12,389 nucleotides of DNA from Paraspadella gotoi (lineage: Eukaryota; Animalia; Chaetognatha), in assembly GCA_051294375.1 (NCBI GenBank), contig JBJCIZ010000102.1:1-12389 (forward strand), given 5' to 3'. Within the stretch, counting starts at the first letter, position 1, and the number at the start of each line of letters is the position of its first letter. The translations under genes and the position numbers were made by a program. The notes under the pieces are model-generated. The model was not told the origin of the DNA. It worked only from the letters and a program-made list of their open reading frames with translations, and did no database searches. This document shows, piece by piece, positions 1-8,131 of the stretch.

Positions 1-896
1 CCCTTTTCGGTTATTTTTTTCTCAATGTTGAGCTTTAAAGATGGTAACAGATTGACTCTTTTCACCAGTAACTTCATCGCTTTGATAGAAACGATATAAG
101 TGGACAATGCTCTGGGGTTATTTGATCTACAACAGAAATTTAGGTTAGATTTTGTAAAGTCGATTGAGAGGGGGGTCAAAGGAGGTAACAATTTGGTCTG
201 ATTCGTGAGCGGATTATAAAAATTACCATACAATTTCCATATCTTCGAAGTTGCCGTGTATGAACTTCTTACCTTGAACGAAGAGTTTGGGGCGGCCGCG
301 TCCCCTCTCACGCTTTCAAATTCAGTTTCTCTAGAGTATCCCAATAATCTGGCTTTGTTATCCAAAGTATCTCTGGAATAAAATAGGGTTTGGATAAAAA
401 ATGCTAAATAGGGATAAGTTTGAAAAGAATCCGACGTGGAGGTCCCGTTAATTCTCATGTTTATTCCAGAAAAAAAGGTCGAATTCGTCAAATTTTCAAA
501 GGCTACCGAATTTTTTGATGTTGGAGTGGGTTCCGTGAATGCTGGAAGCGGGTTTCCGTTAGCTAATTCTATGGTGGCATCGATTTCATACATGAGACTC
601 GAAAGTTCCAGCCTGCGCGGTGTCCCTAAGTCTGTGCAAATAGAATCTGGCTCTGCGATCGACGGCATCGCTATTTCCATATAGCTTTTGATTTGCAGCC
701 GGTACTCGAACTACGGTCAAGAGTCGCTTGATCGCGCCCGTATTCTCTGAATTGGAAAAACATCAATTGTTGACACCCCAGTCACTCCGTTATTGAATTT
801 CGCTCCCAGAAAAAGTAGTTTCAAAGATTGAGCTTATACATCTTCCAAATTCTTATCTTCTCCCATCGCCTCTACCACTTGACTTTCCGTCGCCAT
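1..896 (-). pseudogene. Polinton major capsid protein (double jelly-roll, PY/hexon-like), N-terminal part; 3' end outside window
   Basis: Manual translation, open from 710 to the edge: ...LELSSLMYEIDATIELANGNPL...VAFENLTNSTFFSGINMRINGTSTSDSFQTYPYLAFFIQTLFYS...NSSFKVRSSYTATSKIWKLYGNFYNPLTNQTKLLPP...NFCC...MKLLVKRVNLLPSLKLNIEKKI. This matches the Polinton MCP pattern (YPYxA, NxGxxxR, QxKLL, LxVxRV). ATG at 896 is in frame, but stops occur at 834-836, 717-719 and 711-713. Not in the ORF track. Confidence 0.85.
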
Positions 897-919
897 TTTT
901 TTTTTTTTTTTTTTGTGAT

Positions 920-1440
920 TCAATTAAAAATATTACTTATTTATGATTTATCCGTTTCTTTTTCCTTGCTTTTCCACTTTGGTTCGAAGCTTTTATACTT
1001 TTTTCCTTTTCACAGTAGTGGGTCCGATAGAATTTTTAACCCTAGTTCCACTCATGGCACCTGCGAGATTATCCGTAACCTCGGTAAGTCCTTTTTTGAT
1101 CGCTTTTTGGCAGATGTCTTAGTTTGATCAAAAGCTTTTTTTTAAAATATTTCTTTCGGAACGTCTCTTCCTTTGTCCTTGGTTTAGTCAAATTTATTAA
1201 GCCGCTTACCGCAGCATCGCTGGTTCCTTTAAAAAGGTCCCTAACCACCCCTTTGGCAATAGGACGAGCCGCTTTCAATGCCGGAGTCAGTCCTCTCGTT
1301 GCTTTCGCGACGAGAGGGCTGATGAAGGAGTAGAGTTTGGAAAAGAGAGATGAAACGGCTCCCGTACCTCTTTGCATCCTTCCAAACCGATTCGTGAAAA
1401 CCGGCAACCTTCTCATAGGTAATTTAATCGTTTGAATCAT
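920..1440 (-). CDS. Conserved Polinton basic core-like protein with QxGxG motif and amphipathic helix (probably frameshifted)
   Basis: ORF 1069-1440 contains MQRGTGAVSSLFSKLYSFISPLVAKATRGL, like the QRGxGxGxxFxxLF protein found between penton and MCP in Polintons. With homopolymer frameshifts it continues through a K/R-rich tail to ...ISNIFN* (TGA 920-922), resembling the family's DIF end. Confidence 0.7.
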
Positions 1441-1487
1441 TTTTAAAATTTTATAATTATAATTACTTTTATTTAAAACTTCTTTAT

Positions 1488-2438
1488 TTATATATGTTTT
1501 TTGCTGGGGCGAAATCTGAGAGTAACTATGGTAGGACCAATTCTTAAATTAGCCGGGTTATCGTACAAATCTTTTATTAATATTTCGATATTATCAATAA
1601 ACGTTTTTGAAACTCTCTGATAATTTAATTCTTTAAACGAAAACGTTTGTCTCACGCCCACGGACTTTACGTTAATATCTATTATTTTTAACACGTTTGA
1701 ATAAGAATTTCCTGAAATTGTGGGTAAAATGATATCGCTGTAGCATAATAAAATTGAGTTTGGTTCCATATTCGCGTTAAAATAAAATCTAGAATTTTTT
1801 TCTTCCTTGGATCTCATATCCTCAAAGTCTATAAAATGTCTCGTCTCTTTTTTCCCAGAAACCGAGTGCTCATAAGTTTCCCCTTGCTTAGATTTTCCTA
1901 TGGTTGTGTAGGCGTGATCGGAGGGTTCGTAGTAAGCCCCTAACAAAAATAGCATCGACCCGTACAACCTTAATGTAATCCATTTATCCGTTATATTATA
2001 AAAAATATATCTGTTTAATTTGTTAAACTCAAATATTTTATGATTTTTCAATCTAGGTACCGCTTCCCAAATCAGTTCGTTGATGGCGTCGCAAAGGATG
2101 TCCGGGGAGTCGTAGTGGCCGGCCGGGAGAATTTGAGTAGTCCTTTTACCCCAAACGGAATAAGGTAAGGTTGGGTCTTTGTTTTCTAGTAGCCAATCGA
2201 AAATTTTTATTTTGTGAAAATCAGGACCCTTTTCTTCGATGTTGAAAGATGAATTTACGAAAGATATGTCAACTAAAGCACATTCGTAATTTTCAGTTAA
2301 TATTATTGGTTCGGGTAAAATATTTCTAAACTGATAATGAGTATTTTTGTAGCCATTTTTTTTATCCAGAAAAGATTCGTTGGAAACCTCGTTAGAAACC
2401 TCATCCGTTGAGAACAACTTGATTTGATATTCTGACAT
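1488..2438 (-). CDS. Polinton minor capsid protein (penton, single jelly-roll), intact 316 aa
   Basis: N-terminal FRNILPEPIILTENYECALVDISF, central LPAGHYDSPDILCDAIN, C-terminal CYSDIILPTISGNSYSNVLKII...IDNIEILIKD...GPTIVTLRFRP, all matching the Polinton penton pattern. Lies directly downstream of the integrase. Confidence 0.87.
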   Translation of the reverse strand: MSEYQIKLFSTDEVSNEVSNESFLDKKNGYKNTHYQFRNILPEPIILTENYECALVDISFVNSSFNIEEKGPDFHKIKIFDWLLENKDPTLPYSVWGKRTTQILPAGHYDSPDILCDAINELIWEAVPRLKNHKIFEFNKLNRYIFYNITDKWITLRLYGSMLFLLGAYYEPSDHAYTTIGKSKQGETYEHSVSGKKETRHFIDFEDMRSKEEKNSRFYFNANMEPNSILLCYSDIILPTISGNSYSNVLKIIDINVKSVGVRQTFSFKELNYQRVSKTFIDNIEILIKDLYDNPANLRIGPTIVTLRFRPSKKHI

Positions 2439-3590
2439 CTTTAAGACCTTTAATCTGCTTCAAGGTTAACCACTTTGATTTATTTGAATTAGCTTGTTTG
2501 ACCAAATATAAACGAATTCCACCAAATTTTTTTCCTCGACCTTGTGCTCTTTTTTTCTATAGTTTTAGTGATAAAATAGTAATCATTATCGCCAGAACTC
2601 GGTTCATTAACTTTTTGTAGTTGATAGGCGTAATAATGTTTGCTTCCGTTTTTTAATCTGTACAGAGGGGGAGTTCCCGGCAAAATTTCGGCTATAACTT
2701 CAATAATATCTTTAAAATTTTTATTGTAACCTCTTTTATATAGCTTCGGTGGTAATTTCACTCTAACTAAATCACCAACTTTTAAATTAAATTTAACATT
2801 TTTAAATAATTTTTTGTGTTTTCTCCTTTCTTCTTGGAATTTTTCCCTCAAAAACTTTTCATTTTTCTTTAATCCTGCTTCCATGGGAGATAAAGAATAT
2901 AAAGATTTAGTGGGTTTTAAATTTATTGATAATACAACTAATGGTAACAATTTAGGCCAATTATAATCATTAAGAGCAAAACATGCTTGAAATAATTTGC
3001 GTTGTAAAAACAAATTTGAATTTTCTATAAAATAACTTTTTTTAAACGTTCTTGTTAAATAGGGTGGTTGAATTTCATATTTTTCATAAAGTTTTTGCAT
3101 TGGTGGAGAAAAAAATTCTTTTGCAGCATCGCTATGAATTTTTTAGGGGTTGAACACTTTCTTTAGAATTTCTTCAATTTTTCCGCAATTTCCGCCCCTC
3201 GTTTAGAGGTCAATGCTTTTGCGGCAATTTTTTTACTAAAATTATCGCAAGTGTTTAATATATATTTAATGGTTTTAGCATATGCTTCGAGACTTTCCAC
3301 ATGAATCAAATCCATTGACCAATGTCATTTATAAATAATCTTACCGATTTTCTATAATGATTTTTAGGCGTTTTGTCTTTTTAAATAAAGTATAAGTATT
3401 TTGAGAAGACAAAAAATTTTAACATCGTTTCTAGTTATTGAAGGATTTTTTCTTTGGCATCTTTATACAAATATTGAAACCCTCCATAACTTGATTTATT
3501 TTCCGGATCATAATATAATTTTTTTAATAAAGATTCTTTAGTCGAATAGTCCTTGGAAGAGACCGTTGACTTCACATTTTTTTTCCCTCC
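2401..3590 (-). pseudogene. Retroviral-like DDE integrase of Polinton type, multiple frameshifts
   Basis: Stitched translation: LLKKLYYDPENKSSYGGFQYLY...FLSSQNTYTLFKK...WSMDLIH (D 3310-3312)...KYILNTCDNFSKK...IHSDAAKEFF (D 3128-3130)...SYFIENSN (E 3023-3025; 34 residues between D and E)...LKVGDLVRV...KRGYNKNF...YQLQKV, then after a frameshift LYLVKQ...KWLT, stop at 2401-2403. The start codon was not identified. Confidence 0.92.
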
Positions 3591-3619
3591 TCTTCTTCGT
3601 TTGTGGGTTTCGAAGCAGC

Positions 3620-4235
3620 AAAGTTTTATCCAATTGAGCTACTTCCTTTTTTGGATCTAGTTTGGACTTCTTTTTATAGGAGATTTTCTCTTTTTTCGCT
3701 TTTTTGTCTCTGGAAAATCATTACTGGGAGAACTAAGAAATTTCGGTCTTCATTAAAAATGATTTACCCGTTGACATTTGATATAATTTAGAATGAACTT
3801 CGAAAGCTGAAGCGGGTCCCTCTTTCACGACTTCATCCAATACCGCATCGGTTTTCCTAGTAATTCATCATTGTAAAATATTTCATTTTCCGTTCTTCTG
3901 ATATTTGGGGTTTCGTCTATCAGTTTTAAGATTTTAGCTTCATACGGGTTTTTTTTCTTTTCCGTTCTTCGGGTTTTAATTGTTTTTAAATTGGGTGAAT
4001 CCTTTCTTCTAATTTTCCCCATTCCGTATTAGCTTCATTTTCCAAGAGTCTTTTGTTTTTTTAAAACTTTCATTATATTTTTCTAATACTTCAGCCGAGT
4101 CATTTTTAGCGGATCCTGTTGCGAGGGGGGACCCTTATGGTTTCCACTACTTTTTCCCGTTTATATTTTTCCATTTCGTTTTCTGGTACTAAATAAAGTT
4201 TTTCTAAATATTTGGGTGTATGATTTAGAATTCAT
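3620..4235 (-). pseudogene. Conserved Polinton ORF of unknown function upstream of integrase (frameshifted)
   Basis: ATG 4235 MNSKSYTQIFRK/LYLVPENEMEKYK (KxxLVP start motif), ...EAKILKLIDETPNIRRTENEIFYNDELLG (ORF 3825-4022), basic tail ending near WIKL. Requires several homopolymer frameshifts. Confidence 0.55.
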
Positions 4236-4238
4236 TTT

Positions 4239-4603
4239 TTATTTTCTTTTCTCTTTGCGTTGGCCACCAATGACATCGAGAGAGAGAATTAGCGATGGTA
4301 AAAGAATCGATAAAAAAATTGGGAGAAATTTCCCAGATTGAGTTAAAACACGTTTCCTTTCTTTCATGGGAGTAGATTTGAGAGATAAATAGTAAATTTG
4401 CTTTTTATACGGTTTTAGTTTATCGATCAAGGGTTATTGACTCGAATATTTGTTTTCAACAAATTATAAGCTACTTCCGATAAAGTTTTAATCAAATTTT
4501 TAGATTTTTTTGAATTCACAAACGCCTTTTGATCTTTTAATTTTTTACTTTGCAAATTTTCCATTACAGGGATCGATTCTTCAGCCGACGTTGAGCGGCT
4601 CAT
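4239..4603 (-). CDS. Small basic Polinton protein with C-terminal adenovirus pX-like hydrophobic segment (one frameshift near 4430)
   Basis: MSRSTSAEESIPVMENL...LIKTLSEVAYNLLKTNIRVNNP/LIDKLKPYKKQIYYLSLKSTPMKERKRVLTQSGKFLPIFLSILLPSLIL. Matches the (C/S)ExAxNxLKxN...KLxxYK...QxGGFLPxLL protein that follows the ATPase in Polintons. Confidence 0.7.
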
Positions 4604-4635
4604 CGCGGTTGCCTCTTTCGCCTCCCCCGTCTTCG

Positions 4636-5303
4636 TCATTTCGACGTTCCGAAAACAAACGGGATGTCCACTCTCGTCGGGAAAAAAGTTAGTTCTTAAT
4701 CTGCACTTATCGTTGCAATCGAGAGTAAAGTCTATTAATAAATACCCCATACGGCTTATTTATAGCACAAGCTTCCTTGTGAGCCTCGTACAAAAGTTGA
4801 GGATAGTAAGGAGAATATTGATGAGATAGTGTAAACAATGATCTTTTATCTCTTATGAAATTGTGATTATTAAATAGCCAGTATTTAAGCTAACCTTTCG
4901 AAACTCTTTCGGATGTTTTTTTAAATATGTTATGAGTCATGACGCAACAGCTAATATTTCGATGATGAGAGGCGACGCAAAAGATTTTTTCTAGTAGGGG
5001 TCCGGGAATTAGATTTATGACATCGTCGAAACAAATAAAAGGATGCTTAAATCCTCCAATGTTTTCTTCATCCAATATAGATTCATCGATAGGGTCATTT
5101 CTGAAATCAACGTGAGCAAATTTAGGATCTCCAAACTTATCATTCTACATATTATAGTAATATATTATTTTATCTATTGGTTTGTCTATCATTTGATCCG
5201 CAAATTCTATTAATCTAAGTATCTTATTTGTTTTTCCAGTGCCAGAGCTGCCGCAAAGAATCATGGTCATAGATGCTTTAAACCGAAAGTCGTAGCTTTC
5301 CAT
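4636..5303 (-). pseudogene. Genome-packaging ATPase (FtsK/A32-like) of Polinton type, disrupted
   Basis: ATG 5303 MESYDFRFKASMTMILCGSSGTGKT (Walker A, 5229-5252), ICFDD (Walker B), SHHRNISCCVMTHNIF, RKVSLNTGY...NFIRD, PYGYLLIDF, RLRTNFFPDE. In-frame TAG at 5145-5147; extra bases in runs at 4916-4922 and 4745-4748. Confidence 0.93.
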
Positions 5304-5308
5304 TTTTT

Positions 5309-5682
5309 TTATTTTTTTATTTTTTTTTTAAAAAAGAATGAAACTAAAATTAAATAACCGGTAAATAAAAGGTTCAGGGATAAAAAGCAGGTTAGTAATT
5401 TATTAGATCTTTTTATATCAGTTAGTTCGTTTTGCACCGAGTGAAGAGCATAGCACAATTGCGATGCCGTCACCAAAGAACTTCCCGTCCTGGGACACCT
5501 CGCCGTTGCGTTCTTTTCCAAATCCGTTTCTTTTTTTAAAAATTTTTTTTGAACTTTTTAATTATTTGTAGTATTAAGATAAAAAGTATCCCTAATAAAA
5601 TTACGATGTTTTCTCCCGTGTCGTATAAGGTCAATCCCCAAATTTTTTCTAAAATTTGAGTCAGTGTTTCATTCTTTCCCAT
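5309..5682 (-). CDS. Putative ~125 aa two-TM membrane protein (split at homopolymers ~5531-5550)
   Basis: ATG 5682 MGKNETL...IVILLGILFILILQII-KKFKK, then in another frame ETDLEKNATAR...LLTCFLSLNLLFTGYLILVSFFF-KKK. The second part has no ATG of its own. Ends 5 nt before the ATPase ATG. Confidence 0.5.
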
Positions 5683-5718
5683 TTTATACTTTTTTACGCA
5701 TTTATTTTTTTTCTCTAA

Positions 5719-5726
5719 ATTTATAG
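5719..5726 (-). promoter_or_regulatory. Possible TATA box for the minus-strand module
   Basis: CTATAAAT on the minus strand ~38 nt upstream of ATG 5682. Weak evidence in AT-rich DNA. Confidence 0.25.
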
Positions 5727-5760
5727 TTATCAAATATCTACAAAAAAGATTTTTTTTGTG

Positions 5761-5834
5761 TCTCTCTCTCTCTCTCAACAACGACGACGATGATGATGCC
5801 GATGATGATGATGATGATGATGATAATGATGATG
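5761..5834 (+). repeat. Compound microsatellite (TC)n-(ACG)n-(ATG)n
   Basis: Directly visible; about 13 ATG triplets in 5790-5834. Confidence 0.9.
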
Positions 5835-6541
5835 GTCGGAGGGGGCGGGGCAGCGCCCTTGATGACCAAGGCGGTGACGGCGGCGGCGGCGGTGTGGCAA
5901 CCGTTGGGATATGCGGTATTCTCTTTGATTTTGCTTTAGTCAACGTTCATAAAACTCATCCATCAGTTTTTCCGTTCGCAGCTCTGTCTCAACTCCACAG
6001 ACCACGTGGGTCAACCAGATAGTACGTGTATTTATACTAGACTTTTTTAAATGTATTTGTGAGATTAGTTAATTAAACAACTTTTCATTTTTATTTTGCT
6101 AGCCGTTATTCAGTTGAGGTGTTGGCACCTCTCGGTCGAGGGAGTCGCCAGGAATTGGCGTCTCGCGTGAGTTTTAGCCTTTATGCTTTTTTTAATTTTT
6201 TTTGATTTGCTCTCTCTCTCTCTCTAACACAATTTTATATTTTTACAGATACGAAGAAAACATTGTCCCTGTGGGCTTAACGCCCCCTCCTTNNNNNNNN
6301 NNNNNNNNNNNNNNNNNTCGCCCAGGCGAAGGTGAGAGAGTTGCTGGGACCTTACGTTCCAGACTTCCTTGGAAACGAGGGCCTCCAGCAACTCCTCACC
6401 AAAAGGGGCCTCGTCGGGAGCGAAACGCCGAAATGATGACAAGGGATGGGTGAAGACGAGGACAACGACGAAGGACAAGTCCGCCAACGACCACTGAAGA
6501 CAAGGGACAAGTCCGACAATAGCGCAGACGCCAATTCCTGA
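5790..6541 (+). CDS. Predicted spliced gene of unknown function; exons 5790-5915, 5982-6021, 6103-6166, 6249->6292 (continues past N gap)
   Basis: Three GT..AG AT-rich introns (66, 81, 82 nt; donors GTATTC, GTACGT, GTGAGT; pyrimidine tracts; CTAAC in intron 3) join GC-rich exons with no stop: MMMPMMMMMMMIMMMVGGGGAAPLMTKAVTAAAAVWQPLGYALCLNSTDHVGQPDTVIQLRCWHLSVEGVARNWRLAYEENIVPVGLTPPP. The frame and the 3' end after the gap are uncertain. Confidence 0.6.
6293..6317. other. Assembly gap (25 N)
   Basis: Run of N; true length unknown, so linkage across it is not proven. Confidence 1.
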
Positions 6542-7615
6542 CTCCGGCTCCTCAACGGCAGAAGTATAGCTATGTGTTAGTTAGAGCGGTAAGCCGGGAC
6601 CAAATTCAAATTTTTAATGGGAACAGCATGTAATACTAATTTCCATTATTTGGTATTAATTATTTGTATTAAAATATTTTTGAAAAAAGTGTTTTCGAAC
6701 CAGGCAGTGAATTCGCTAATTAATATTATTTATATGCTAATTAATGGTCTAAAAAATTTTTTTTTTGTATTTTTAAGTTTTTTTAATTGTGATTTCTTGA
6801 TAGAGCCTTAAAAAGTTAAGCAAAAAAATATATTACAACTTTAAAATTTGATGTTTATACTTAAAATTTTTATGTAAAAACTGCTAAATCATCGGATGTA
6901 TGATTGATGATTGATGATTTTTTCAGGTTTTTCCAGTTTTGACCCACTTATTCATTCAAAATATGAAAAAAGAACTTATACTTTGTGTAGACTACTTTTT
7001 TAAGCATCTGATATCTCTTTAAAAATACAAAATTTTAAAAAAATTTTTTGATCATTTTCCTATCTATAGAATAAATATTAAAAATTAATACTAATGCTCT
7101 ACGCCATTTTAGGAAAATTTTTGGCTCCATTGAAAGTTTTCCGTCAGTGAATATGTGATGAGTAGTTTCAGTTTTTGTAAGTTCCCAAATCAAACTTACT
7201 GACCCCACGCCCATTGACAAAGTTTGGCTCTGAGTATTAGAAAAATTATTTTATCTTAATAACTTAAAAACAAACTATCTACAGAGCTTTGGAAATCAAC
7301 CACCGCAAATGTGGTTTCAAAATATTTACAACGGGATCTGATTCCAGTAAGACGGTAGTGTATCGGTTGTCATATTTTCGTTTTTTACTAACAATTCTTT
7401 TTATATTTATTTTATGTCAGCAGCGTTTTGATTCGGATCCGTCGCCGTATCGACATCGTCATCTCCTTTGTAAGAATTTACTATATTTTTTTATGTGTAC
7501 AAGAGTACAATTAAATCATTTTTAATTGATTCTAAATACAATTATACTTTTGTTTCTCTAGAAACGGGACGGCGAAGGCGAGGCGGCGACGAGACCGGAG
7601 GCGGGAGCGGCGGAG

Positions 7616-8131
7616 ATGGATAATTCGATTAAGTAAGTTCATCGAGTTCGTTTGTGTAAAGTTTACTGATAAGTCATGCTATAATGATTTTTCTCATTTC
7701 TCCTTAACCTCATTCCTCAATTCTTTTTTCTTCATTCCCTACCCATACTCCTCTTTACTCTCTATTACCTCTTCTATGGCTTTACGTTTTTTGCTCTTTC
7801 CTGTCCTTCCTTTTCCATTCTCCGTTTTTCAGTTTTAAATCTCTCATTAAACTTTAAATTTGTTTTACTCCACAGCATCTATCTCCAAGCGGGAGTCGGA
7901 GCGGCGCCGCCGTCTTCCTCCTCTTCTTCGTCCTCCTCGTCACTCAAAGTGCGAAGCGGCGCGCGAGAGAGCGGCGGGAGCGGCGGCGTCGCGAGGCGGC
8001 GGAGGCAACGGCGATGGCCTTGGTGGCGGCGGACGCGGGGCGGAGGCGGAAGTCGAGACAGCCGTCGCCCGTTGGGCCACGTTCGAGGAGGAAGAGGGTG
8101 GGGAGATGAGTTTGCGGCAGATTGGGTTTAG
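7616..8131 (+). CDS. Predicted spliced small single-pass membrane protein (exons 7616-7632, 7876-8131; this copy carries indels)
   Basis: GAGATGG start, donor GTAAGT 7633, pyrimidine-rich intron ending CACAG 7875. Gives MDNSINIYLQAGVG..., with the TM/polybasic frame intact only in copy 2. Possible upstream exons 7421-7469 and 7562-7632 (TACTAAC at 7386, GTAAGA at 7470). Confidence 0.45.

Larger units (their letters stand above)
1..5730 (-). mobile_element. Polinton/Maverick (adintovirus-like) element, partial: morphogenesis + integrase module
   Basis: Co-oriented, tightly packed ORFs with motifs for ATPase, DDE integrase, minor capsid and major capsid, in a Polinton-type order. Neither boundary is defined: the element runs off the left edge and may extend to the right. 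No TIR, PolB or protease seen. Confidence 0.93.

Noticed and set aside
436-1333. Plus-strand ORFs 436-684, 828-1127, 1124-1333 (also 3603-3791, 4510-4692)
   Set aside because: Antisense shadows of recognisable minus-strand viral genes.
5145-5147. Alternative genetic code or readthrough to explain in-frame stops
   Set aside because: Stops are few and of all three types, and long ORFs read cleanly in the standard code; mutation or sequencing error is simpler.
5769-5790. TCTCTCTCAACAAC resembles the start of a PacBio SMRTbell adapter
   Set aside because: Match is only ~14 nt inside a microsatellite, and the flanks are not inverted copies of each other.
5683-6022. Poly-Ser/Pro extension of ORF 5536-5943 and poly-Asp ORF 5756-6022
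   Set aside because: Non-ATG starts and microsatellite-derived low complexity; better explained by ATG 5682 (minus strand) and the spliced plus-strand model.
6617-6811. Short AT-rich ORFs (6617-6811, 9129-9323, 9606-9797, 12089-12340, 12111-12296)
   Set aside because: F/L/I/K-biased chance frames or translations of the minisatellite; no recognisable motifs.
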